Shown: positions 1-7,158 of the stretch, one piece after another
Layout: each line of letters starts with the position of its first letter
How positions within the stretch are numbered: the stretch's first letter is position 1
Virus record (IMG/VR): IMGVR_UViG_3300014656_000100
Coordinates: 1 to 28,721 of that record
Reading direction: 5' to 3' (one strand)
DNA: 28,721 nucleotides
Origin: a virus
Taxonomy: Duplodnaviria > Caudoviricetes
The notes under the pieces: generated by a model
Databases searched by the model: none
Seen by the model: the letters and a program-made list of their open reading frames with translations, nothing else
Told to the model about the DNA's origin: nothing
Translations under genes and position numbers: made by a program

Positions 1-29
1 ATGCGGAAAAAGGATAGGAGGTAAATAAA

Positions 30-335
30 ATGGAGCAATCAGATATAAGGGCGTGGATTGAGGATAATGCTAGGTATAATGAAGTGCTACTCAGGCTAAC
101 CTCTGAGGAACTAGACCACGTAGCTATGTGTATGCATCATATATATCGGTGGTATCACGAAGGTTATCCTCTCGGCAACTTCCTTACCGCAATAGTTCAG
201 GATAAGTTTACCGAGGCTTGCTTTAGAGCAGATGACATAAACAGGAAGGCACTATACCTTTATGCCTTATTCCTGGCTAACAAGATAGGCTATGATTACA
301 GAAAGAAAGCTAATCCTGCTGGGGTAATGAAGTAG
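30..335 (+). CDS. hypothetical phage protein (cassette cargo 1)
   Basis: 101-aa ORF with GGAGG RBS upstream; its stop codon lies inside repeat copy 1. Confidence 0.75.
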   Translation: MEQSDIRAWIEDNARYNEVLLRLTSEELDHVAMCMHHIYRWYHEGYPLGNFLTAIVQDKFTEACFRADDINRKALYLYALFLANKIGYDYRKKANPAGVMK

Positions 336-380
336 AGAGTGATATAGAGCTATGAAGAAGTATCAGATAAGGGGGGGATT

Positions 381-545
381 ATGACAAAGCAGGAATTGAT
401 AGATAAGATAGCAAGGGAGATATTTGTAACTCCTGACCAAGTTATGCGAATGATTGAGATTCTTGAGAGAAACGGATGGAAATCTCCAGAAGAAGTTATG
501 CAAGGGAAAGAGATAATAAGAAAGGCATTTCGTTTCCCAAAGTAG
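381..545 (+). CDS. small hypothetical protein, 54 aa (MTKQELIDKIAREIF...RFPK), cassette cargo 2
   Basis: Translated by hand (below the track cutoff); G-rich RBS; fills the gap between repeats 1 and 2 exactly, with its stop inside repeat 2. Confidence 0.65.
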   Translation: MTKQELIDKIAREIFVTPDQVMRMIEILERNGWKSPEEVMQGKEIIRKAFRFPK

Positions 546-555
546 AGAGTGAACT

Positions 556-1017
556 ATGAAGAAGTATCAGATATATGCTGACCTGCCCTGGATAGGGATA
601 TTAGATGGCGACCCAAGAGCAGTTGCCTTGTATAGACGACATTATAGCTGTCGCAATCCTGAAATAGACTATGTGAGATATGGCTTCTCTGGCAAAGGGG
701 AGTCCATGGTATTGCTTACATCGGATTGTCTTGCTTTGTGGTGTTGGCGGAAAGTAGCAAGTGAAGGAATATATTGTTCAGTGTTCCATAATGAGAGTAG
801 TTTACTTTCAAGTGAATTGATAAGAGAGGCAGACAAATTAGCTTGGCAAAGATGGGAAGATAACCGTCATTTTACTCACGTTAATCCCAGAGAAGTCAAG
901 GGCGATGGCAAATGCTTTAAGGCAGCTGGTTGGCATAAGCTGAAAGAACGCACTAAGAAATCACACCTGATAATACTTGAGATATTTCGGGGCAATGAAG
1001 TAGAGAGTGAGCTATGA
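556..1017 (+). CDS. conserved phage protein, possibly Mom-like/GNAT-fold DNA-modifying enzyme (cassette cargo 3)
   Basis: Motifs DGDPRAVALYRRHYS, CSVFHNE, SSELIREA and GKCFKAAGW resemble Mom-related phage proteins; both termini (MKKYQIYAD, GNEVESEL) come from the repeats. Function is inferred. Confidence 0.55.
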   Translation: MKKYQIYADLPWIGILDGDPRAVALYRRHYSCRNPEIDYVRYGFSGKGESMVLLTSDCLALWCWRKVASEGIYCSVFHNESSLLSSELIREADKLAWQRWEDNRHFTHVNPREVKGDGKCFKAAGWHKLKERTKKSHLIILEIFRGNEVESEL

Positions 1018-1056
1018 AGAAGTACCAGATATATGCTGACCAAGTAAGGAGAAGTA

Positions 1057-1401
1057 ATGCTACACATTTATCGATGTGAAAATCCCGTTCGTACTCGTGC
1101 TATGTGCCCATATCATAAGCATCAATGCTATGGTGAGCGTCAAGCCTTTTATGACACAACTCGTATTTTCTTTGATTGCGGAACATTTGTTGATTATGGT
1201 TACGGCTACTATGAACCACCAAAGTTGTATAAGAATATCACCATTTTCAAGGACGAAATCGGCTATACTGTATGGGTTCCTCGTGCAGGTTGGGAAATGC
1301 TTGCTCAGGAGGTGCCACTAAAACAGGCACGTAAGATCGCCAAAAGACGATTAAGGCAAGGCGGTTTGATTACTGATAAATCTGTTGGGGCAATGAAGTA
1401 G
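1057..1401 (+). CDS. hypothetical protein (cassette cargo 4)
   Basis: 114-aa ORF with AAGGAG RBS directly after repeat 3; stop inside repeat 4. Confidence 0.65.
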   Translation: MLHIYRCENPVRTRAMCPYHKHQCYGERQAFYDTTRIFFDCGTFVDYGYGYYEPPKLYKNITIFKDEIGYTVWVPRAGWEMLAQEVPLKQARKIAKRRLRQGGLITDKSVGAMK

Positions 1402-1445
1402 ACTCGGATATAGAACTATGAAGAAGTATCAGATAAGGAGGGAAT

Positions 1446-1634
1446 ATGGATTTCTTGGAATTACTAGAGTTAGAGCAAATGTCACCAGATAAATTAGTAG
1501 AATATTGGCGTTGCATAGACGAGGTTGAAGATGATAATGGTGACCCTAGTATTTATAGAACTTGTGAGATTTGTGGTGGCGAGTTCTGGGATGGTGGAAC
1601 ATCTTGCACTTGTGAAGTAGAGAGTGAACTATGA
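1446..1634 (+). CDS. small acidic protein with Cys cluster (cassette cargo 5)
   Basis: AAGGAGG RBS at the end of repeat 4; CEICGG...CTC motif; ends EVESEL from repeat 5. Confidence 0.65.
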   Translation: MDFLELLELEQMSPDKLVEYWRCIDEVEDDNGDPSIYRTCEICGGEFWDGGTSCTCEVESEL

Positions 1635-1816
1635 AGAAGTATCAAATATATGCTGACCGAATAATCCTAGACCTATGCGGTGGCACTGGGGCTTGGAGTT
1701 TGCCTTACAAAGAAGCAGGATATGATGTAAGAAATACTTGGGATAGGATTAAGATGGTAAAGATTGAACGACTTAATGAACTACTCAGGGGAAATGAAAC
1801 CAATGTTGTGAAGTAG
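1631..1816 (+). pseudogene. truncated/chimeric DNA methyltransferase fragment (cassette cargo 6)
   Basis: ILDLCGGTGAWS..Y..AGYDV is a SAM-binding motif-I N-terminus of C5-methyltransferase-like proteins, but the ORF is only 61 aa and lacks catalytic motifs; starts with repeat-derived MKKYQIYAD. Confidence 0.6.
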
Positions 1817-1832
1817 AGCCGGATATAGAGCT

Positions 1833-2126
1833 ATGAAGATAACCGAAAAGCAGTTTGAGGCTCAGGTTAAGGAAGTAGCCAAGATTCGTCAAGTAGACGC
1901 ATACTATCATCCTTTCCTGTCAAAGTGGAGTCCGAAAGGCTACCCAGATATTACTATCGTTAAAGTGCCCCGGCTCATTTTTGCAGAATTAAAATCTGAG
2001 AAGGGCAAAATCTCACCGGAGCAAGCGGAGTGGCTTGAGTTACTGAGGCAATGCAAGACAGTGGAGGCTTATCTTTGGCGAGTTAATGAGGTATCTCTGG
2101 AAGATATAGCGGAGATTTTACATTGA
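1833..2126 (+). CDS. VRR-NUC domain nuclease (putative Holliday junction resolvase)
   Basis: TEKQFEAQV...GYPDITIV...FAELKSEKGKISPEQAEWL matches the PD-(D/E)xK VRR-NUC pattern. Confidence 0.85.
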   Translation: MKITEKQFEAQVKEVAKIRQVDAYYHPFLSKWSPKGYPDITIVKVPRLIFAELKSEKGKISPEQAEWLELLRQCKTVEAYLWRVNEVSLEDIAEILH

Positions 2127-2140
2127 ACTGGAGGTAGAGA

Positions 2141-2320
2141 ATGTCAGGATTCGTGTGTGAAAGGTGCAAGAGAGAGTCGCAGGTTTCATTTGTGTGCAGA
2201 GAGTGTCATCGGTCGGTCTGCAATAGGTGCATTGTGTTGAGAGATATGACACAGCTTTGTAAAGACTGCAACAACAGGCTTAAAGACGGAGTAGAGGTGA
2301 ACGAGCCAGCTATGGCGTGA
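2141..2320 (+). CDS. 59-aa Cys-rich protein with four CxxC pairs (putative double zinc finger)
   Basis: Hand translation MSGFVCERCKRESQVSFVCRECHRSVCNRCIVLRDMTQLCKDCNNRL...; GGAGG RBS. Confidence 0.7.
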   Translation: MSGFVCERCKRESQVSFVCRECHRSVCNRCIVLRDMTQLCKDCNNRLKDGVEVNEPAMA

Positions 2321-2322
2321 TA

Positions 2323-2445
2323 TTATGAAAACAGCCGGCCGCATTTAATACACCGATAACGCTGGATCTTGTTTCTCTTCTTCCAGGAGAACCCGGCTTT
2401 AGTTATCTTATCAGACTTACATTCAGGACAGTGGTTATTTTTCAT
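2323..2445 (-). CDS. 40-aa stand-alone zinc ribbon resembling the IS1 InsA N-terminal finger
   Basis: Hand translation MKNNHCPECKSDKITKAGFSWKKRNKIQRYRCIKCGRLFS; CP.C.S....K.G......QRYRC..CGR.F pattern. Confidence 0.65.
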   Translation of the reverse strand: MKNNHCPECKSDKITKAGFSWKKRNKIQRYRCIKCGRLFS

Positions 2446-2516
2446 ATTCTTTATTCCCTTTATCATCGTCTTACCTTGCCTTCTATCTGATTGCGGTCCT
2501 TACTACTGTTAAGGTG

Positions 2517-2729
2517 CTACCTAATAAGTTTTAGAGAGTCTTTAAGTGTAGGACAAGGTATAAATGAGGTTCTATCTCCCCACTCCTGAGACCCGTCATC
2601 ATCCCATTGTATAAAAGCAGTTCCATCTCCATCATAACCTTCTGGCAAAAATCCTTCTCTGGGATAACCATTCGAGTATTGCCATTTCGATATAACGTGC
2701 ATACCTCGTTTCAGTTTTCTACTTTTCAT
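2517..2729 (-). CDS. hypothetical protein, ~70 aa
   Basis: Track ORF 2517-2825; the ATG at 2729 (MKSRKLKRG) has a GGAG RBS and avoids overlap with the upstream gene. Confidence 0.55.
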   Translation of the reverse strand: MKSRKLKRGMHVISKWQYSNGYPREGFLPEGYDGDGTAFIQWDDDGSQEWGDRTSFIPCPTLKDSLKLIR

Positions 2730-2787
2730 CTTACTACTCCGCTCACTACTACCCGCCACGGCGACTGACGGGCAGTTGGTCAATGGA

Positions 2788-3207
2788 TTAGCTTGCTTTA
2801 ACAAAGGGTTTATCCCATCTCCCAATTTCTAAATGTAACCAGTAATTAACATCAAAATAATCTGCCTGAGGGTCTGAGTTATTCCAGTTGTCACGGCTAG
2901 CTATTTTATAAGCGTTTGCCATACACTCCCAAGCTTCTTTAGTGAGATATGCTCCATTGTTTACGTTCTCATCATTTGGCCTTTGAAATCGATATTGATT
3001 GAGCTGTGCATATCCCCTGATAGGATTCCCATTGCAATCCTTATCCTTAGCAAATGCCTCAAAAGGTGCTGTCATTAGAGTAACGTTTAATGCTTGTCCC
3101 CCAGAGAATCGCTCAATTCTAGTTGACCATTGGCAATCAGGATATTGCCTTGTTAATTCTTGTTTAACCTCTTTCGCTATTAGTTTTATATCCTTGTATT
3201 CTCTCAT
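2788..3207 (-). CDS. LPD29-like protein (large polyvalent protein-associated domain)
   Basis: AKEVKQEL...YPDCQWS.R..RFSGGQAL.V N-terminus and NSDPQADYFDVNYW C-terminal motif; AGGAG RBS. Confidence 0.7.
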   Translation of the reverse strand: MREYKDIKLIAKEVKQELTRQYPDCQWSTRIERFSGGQALNVTLMTAPFEAFAKDKDCNGNPIRGYAQLNQYRFQRPNDENVNNGAYLTKEAWECMANAYKIASRDNWNNSDPQADYFDVNYWLHLEIGRWDKPFVKAS

Positions 3208-3319
3208 TCCCTTTTCTCCTATCCCTCAGCCTGGCTTACTAGCTCAGGTCTTATGAGTTTACCTGCTAATCCCTTGCGTTTGCCGAGGCTTGCTATTCCC
3301 CGGCAAGTAGCTAGGGCGT

Positions 3320-3571
3320 TTAGCTTTGTTCCTTACTCATTTCGTATAGGATAGCCCGTAACATTGACCTCATACCCTCTTCATAAGCCTTTGTCTTTAA
3401 TTCTCCGTGAAAGTGTCTTTGTTCGGCGTCTATTGTTCGAGTAAATTTGAAGTCCTCCTCTTCCCCTATGAAGTCTACATTGTCCATGAGTGCCTTAGCC
3501 GATGGGCTTTCTGTATGTGATTGAATCTCGGCATTTCCCTTTTCCTCTATCTTCCTCATAAGTTCTAACAT
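3320..3571 (-). CDS. hypothetical protein
   Basis: 83-aa ORF with AAGGAG/AAGG RBS; first gene of the minus-strand operon. Confidence 0.65.
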   Translation of the reverse strand: MLELMRKIEEKGNAEIQSHTESPSAKALMDNVDFIGEEEDFKFTRTIDAEQRHFHGELKTKAYEEGMRSMLRAILYEMSKEQS

Positions 3572-3605
3572 CTTTCCTTCTCCTTTTTATTCTTTACCTG
3601 CATAC

Positions 3606-3635
3606 ATACTAACATACTCATAATACACACTGCAA
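3606..3635 (-). promoter_or_regulatory. putative sigma70-type promoter for the minus-strand operon
   Basis: Minus strand TTGCAG-18 nt-TAGTAT with extended -10 TG; about 35 nt upstream of the 3571 start. Confidence 0.4.
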
Positions 3636-3744
3636 TAGCTCAAGTGTTCTAGTTTACATGTTATCGCCCACTTTTACACGGAATGAGGTGAATCTTGAGA
3701 CTAAATAAATATTTTGAGGCTAGTATTAGTGCGAACCACCCCGC

Positions 3745-3773
3745 TTGACACAAACCCTTATCTGTGCTATCTA
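3745..3773 (+). promoter_or_regulatory. putative sigma70-type promoter upstream of the terminase small subunit
   Basis: TTGACA (3745-3750), 17 nt, TATCTA with extended TG; divergent from the minus-strand promoter. Confidence 0.5.
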
Positions 3774-3788
3774 TTATATATTATATAT

Positions 3789-4259
3789 ATGAATAATACC
3801 AAAAGACCCATCCCTAGAAAACTGAACAACGGTATGATTACTGCCCTTTCAGAATATATCCGCAAGGGCAACTACGCTGTCACGGCCTGTAATCTGGTGG
3901 GAATTGATGAGAAAACACTCTGGAATTGGGTTCAACAAGGTGAGGCTGACAATTTATTAGGCGTGGATTCTTTGTATTCTCATCTAATCCAATCTATAAA
4001 AAAAGCTGAGGCTGAGGCTGAGGCTAAATTGGTAGAGGTTGTGCGTGAGTCGGCAGAGATTAAAAGGGAATGGATACCGGCTATCACATTCTTAGAGCGC
4101 AGGCATCCAGACAGGTGGGGACGCAAGGACAGGACGAGGGTAGACATAACTGAGACCAAGCGGATACAGATAACACACGTAGATGTGGTATTGAACGAGG
4201 CAGGCCAAACTCCGATGATAGAGGGTCACGCAGTAGAATTATTAGAGGAAGGTAAATGA
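3789..4259 (+). CDS. terS: probable terminase small subunit (HTH DNA-packaging protein)
   Basis: N-terminal HTH (IRKGNYAVTACNLVGIDEKTLWNW), helical AEAEAEA stretch and W...FLERRHPDRWGRKD motif typical of TerS-like proteins. ATG 3789 preferred over TTG 3714, which would run through the promoter. Confidence 0.65.
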   Translation: MNNTKRPIPRKLNNGMITALSEYIRKGNYAVTACNLVGIDEKTLWNWVQQGEADNLLGVDSLYSHLIQSIKKAEAEAEAKLVEVVRESAEIKREWIPAITFLERRHPDRWGRKDRTRVDITETKRIQITHVDVVLNEAGQTPMIEGHAVELLEEGK

Positions 4260-4309
4260 CATATATATGTGAGGTTAAGGAAGATGCCGAGAATTGAGGA
4301 TTTGATATT

Positions 4310-4353
4310 TCTGGCTATTATCTTATTGATATCTGGCTATTATCTTATTGATA
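4310..4353 (+). repeat. perfect 22-bp tandem duplication TCTGGCTATTATCTTATTGATA x2
   Basis: Units at 4310-4331 and 4332-4353 read directly. Confidence 0.9.
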
Positions 4354-4501
4354 GGGGAGCAAGGTATTGACTGGGAATATTATGTATCCTGTGACCGCTA
4401 TTGGAGAGTATGGGTCAAGCTAAACAGAAATTGATAGATAAGAATAAGGGGAGGGGAAGGGTTTTGATACCTATCTTTTCTTTCTATATGAACCTACTCA
4501 G

Positions 4502-4532
4502 TGTCCAACCTAATTAGCTTTGTCCAACCTAA
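4502..4532 (+). repeat. 12-bp direct repeat TGTCCAACCTAA x2
   Basis: Copies at 4502-4513 and 4521-4532, immediately before the RBS of the 4544 ORF. Confidence 0.8.
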
Positions 4533-4543
4533 AGGAGTAAAAC

Positions 4544-4843
4544 ATGCCGTTAAGTAAGGAAAGGGATAAGGAACGAAAGAGGTTAGAGCGTTCCCTAAAG
4601 AGGAGAGCTTTGGAGCTAAAGGTTGGGGCTATCATGTCCTCGGCCAATGTCCGAGCTATGCGAGCAGCCGGGATAACTCCTGGATATGTGGAGGATGAGT
4701 CAGGCTCGGTAGCATCTCGTGTATTTTATGCTTTACTTCGAGACAGGGACGCTATCAAGGCTCACTTGTCTTGGCTTCAGAACGATTTGAGGATGGGGAG
4801 GATTATCTTAAATGGACAATATGGAAAGCAGAACAAGGAATAG
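4544..4843 (+). CDS. hypothetical protein with basic N-terminus
   Basis: 99-aa ORF with AAGGAG RBS. Confidence 0.7.
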   Translation: MPLSKERDKERKRLERSLKRRALELKVGAIMSSANVRAMRAAGITPGYVEDESGSVASRVFYALLRDRDAIKAHLSWLQNDLRMGRIILNGQYGKQNKE

Positions 4844-5059
4844 TTTGACATAACAAATATAGTTCGAAGCATACCAGGCACGAATGAGGAATATGGACAG
4901 TAAGGCACTTTATATAGAGGGGTTGAAAGTAGACAACTGTCATAGCGATAAACGTAATATGATTGCCAGCTGTCCAAGGGGTAGGTGCGTAAATCGGATT
5001 GTGACTGTGGTATGTATATGTAGGTAAACTTTTTATAATATAGAAAAAGGGGGTAAAGT

Positions 5060-5248
5060 ATGGACATAATGAATGTAGCGAAGGATGATGTAGCAATAGA
5101 GCAACTTTGCACCATCATACAGCAGCTTGAAAAACTTCTTGATATTGCGAGAGAGAACAAAGGAAAGGTTAGACCAATCATATCTAGTGGTGAGATAGAG
5201 TTGCTTAAAGACCATCTTGACTTAGTAATCAAATACAGCAAAGTCTAG
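5060..5248 (+). CDS. hypothetical protein
   Basis: 62-aa ORF with AAGGGGG RBS; bracketed by a 15-bp repeat TAATATAGAAAAAGG (5036-5050, 5267-5281). Confidence 0.6.
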   Translation: MDIMNVAKDDVAIEQLCTIIQQLEKLLDIARENKGKVRPIISSGEIELLKDHLDLVIKYSKV

Positions 5249-5288
5249 TCTCCGTAATTTTTTAATTAATATAGAAAAAGGAAGGTTT

Positions 5289-5954
5289 ATGAAAACTGAG
5301 CACATTGTCAAGAGAGTCTTAAGGTACGCAATAAACAATTCTCCTATTAGGTTTGATTACAGGATAAATAAATATTGGGTCAATCCTGCTCAGGATGATG
5401 CCAAGTTATGGTATAAGTTCATAGGTTTCATTCCAGATGGTAAGGTATTAGACATTGGTTGTGGTGATAGGCCATTTCCATCCGCCACTTTTTTAGTTGA
5501 CAAGAAAGTAATAAAAACTACAAAGCCTTTTTGTCTGGCAGATATTGAGGCATTGCCATTTGCAGACAAGGAGTTTGACTTTGTTTTTTGCTCTCATGTT
5601 TTGGAGCATACTCTTAACCCATTGAAAGCGTGCAGGGAATTGATGAGAGTTGGTAAGAGGGGTTATATTGAGACTCCGAGGATTAGCATTGATGCTCTAT
5701 TTGCGTGGGATGATAGTAACCACAATTGGTTAGTTCACAATTCAGGTAATACATTATTCTTCTTCCCGTTGACTGATAGTTTAAGAGAGGGTATCAATAG
5801 TACTGCTTGGCGAGATGTGTTATCCAGTTTCTGGAGGCATCCGTTAGCTGAGGCTTTTTATAAGAATCCTGAAGTTTTCAATGTTATGTTCAACTGGGAA
5901 GGCAAGTTCAATGCGTTTGTATTTTATAAAGATGGCAGATGCCTGAGCAATTAA
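5289..5954 (+). CDS. class I SAM-dependent methyltransferase (Methyltransf_11-like)
   Basis: VLDIGCG motif I, ADIEALPFADKEFDFVFCSHVLEH and ELMRVGKRGYIETP. Confidence 0.9.
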   Translation: MKTEHIVKRVLRYAINNSPIRFDYRINKYWVNPAQDDAKLWYKFIGFIPDGKVLDIGCGDRPFPSATFLVDKKVIKTTKPFCLADIEALPFADKEFDFVFCSHVLEHTLNPLKACRELMRVGKRGYIETPRISIDALFAWDDSNHNWLVHNSGNTLFFFPLTDSLREGINSTAWRDVLSSFWRHPLAEAFYKNPEVFNVMFNWEGKFNAFVFYKDGRCLSN

Positions 5955-5964
5955 AGGAGGGTGA

Positions 5965-6189
5965 ATGGCAACTAGAGAAGAGATAATGAAGTTCCTCAAA
6001 GATGGGCTTGGTAATGTTTGGGCAGATGGCAGGGATGGTAGACATATCAACCTTGACGATTGTGCTACGGCAATTATGAAGTATCTCCATGCTCAAGGCG
6101 TAGGTATAAGAGGTTTACCATTAGGTGTATCTCACCCTCACTTATCTGCTTATTATACATTTGAGCCATTGATAGAGGAGGGAGAATGA
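5965..6189 (+). CDS. hypothetical protein, MATREEI...EPLIE family copy 1
   Basis: AAGGAGG RBS; shares termini and the YL..QG motif with 7984-8190. Confidence 0.7.
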   Translation: MATREEIMKFLKDGLGNVWADGRDGRHINLDDCATAIMKYLHAQGVGIRGLPLGVSHPHLSAYYTFEPLIEEGE

Positions 6190-6239
6190 AAGGTTGGTGG
6201 GTTAAGAGGAGTGGTTGGGTTTTATTATTGTAGGGTGAT

Positions 6240-6449
6240 ATGATAGAAGTTAAAAAGGTAGAAAGTTGTCCTGAGTGTGGAGGGGATTGTGGGTTAGACG
6301 GCATATGGAGTGGTGATTTTGGGTTCATAATGGGTGGATTTTATAACTGTCTGGGATGTAGGGTAATATTCCCTATGATTGGTCAAGTAAAAGCGGAGGA
6401 GTTAGAGGACGATACCATAATACTGCCAGACAGGTATATATTAGTATAG
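6240..6449 (+). CDS. small zinc-ribbon protein
   Basis: CPECGG...CLGC; GGGTG RBS. Confidence 0.55.
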   Translation: MIEVKKVESCPECGGDCGLDGIWSGDFGFIMGGFYNCLGCRVIFPMIGQVKAEELEDDTIILPDRYILV

Positions 6450-6468
6450 TTTTTCAGGAGAAAGGGGA

Positions 6469-6702
6469 ATGAACGGGAATCATAATGAAGAGGAAAAAGT
6501 CAAGTATTGTCAGATAGTAAAGGATTATTGCATAAAGGAAAGGTGTAATTTTTATGTAGAGATGGTGCAGCATGTAGCGGGGATGCAGAAGAAGATGGGG
6601 ATGTGTTGGTTCAATGCCATTTTGATGGTGCTATCTGAGATGAACGCAAAAACAGTGATGCCTCAACAGAAGATACCATTACCTAATTTATATAGGGGAT
6701 GA
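6469..6702 (+). CDS. small Cys-containing hypothetical protein
   Basis: 77-aa ORF with AGGAG/AAGGGG RBS; four spaced Cys. Confidence 0.65.
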   Translation: MNGNHNEEEKVKYCQIVKDYCIKERCNFYVEMVQHVAGMQKKMGMCWFNAILMVLSEMNAKTVMPQQKIPLPNLYRG

Positions 6703-6743
6703 TTTAGAGAAGGTAAGTTAAAATTTGATGGAGGTGTTTATTT

Positions 6744-7127
6744 ATGGATGTAAGTCCAGAATACATAAAGATGTGTGAGAAGGCAGAGGAGATACAGCAA
6801 CAAATACCAATGGAGAGCAATAGGGAACCTCCCAATCTTTATTATTGTCCAGATGATGATTACTTATCTTGCGCTTATACTGTAACTAAGGTTTTTACAA
6901 ACCCAGTTTATTGGCTACCCTATCAAGACCAGTTGCAGGAGATGGTAAATGACAAACCTTTATGCTTTGTCTTGCTCAGACTACTTTATAATTGGTCTTT
7001 TACACATTATGCAGATAAAGCAGCAAAACTTTACCCGTCTACAATGGAGCAACTCTGGTTGGCTTTCGTGATGAAGGAACGCTTTGGGAAGATATGGTCA
7101 GGAGAGGAATGGAAGTCGATGAGTTAA
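6744..7127 (+). CDS. hypothetical phage protein
   Basis: 127-aa ORF with GGAGG RBS; motifs YIKMCEKAEEIQ, WLPYQDQLQEM and MEQLWLAFVMKE. Confidence 0.75.
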   Translation: MDVSPEYIKMCEKAEEIQQQIPMESNREPPNLYYCPDDDYLSCAYTVTKVFTNPVYWLPYQDQLQEMVNDKPLCFVLLRLLYNWSFTHYADKAAKLYPSTMEQLWLAFVMKERFGKIWSGEEWKSMS

Positions 7128-7158
7128 TGGAGGATAAGGAGGTTCAAGTTGAGGGAGA

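Larger units (their letters stand above)
316..1839 (+). repeat. array of six dispersed direct repeats at gene junctions, core TGAAGTAGA-(GAGT/CTCG/GCCG)-(GATATA)-GA(G/A)CTATGAAGAAGTA(T/C)CA(G/A)ATA-(TATGCTGACC)
   Basis: Copies read at ~316-372, 540-583, 989-1041, 1382-1438, 1613-1658 and 1809-1839 (last copy truncated). Each sits at the boundary between two genes. Confidence 0.95.

Noticed and set aside
1076-1321. Alternative-frame hydrophobic ORF within cargo 4
   Set aside because: It has no RBS or motif; the 1057-1401 frame has an RBS and ends in the repeat like the other cassettes.
316-1839. CRISPR array or classical integron attC array
   Set aside because: Intervals are 150-400 bp whole genes, not ~30-40 bp spacers. 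The repeats are non-palindromic with no attC-type inverted core, and no cas or integrase gene is in the window.
2323-2445. IS1 insertion sequence
   Set aside because: Only a 40-aa InsA-like zinc ribbon is present; no DDE transposase or terminal inverted repeats were seen.
3714-3788. TTG-start N-terminal extension of terS
   Set aside because: It overlaps the predicted promoter and encodes an AT-rich, non-protein-like stretch; ATG 3789 is preferred.
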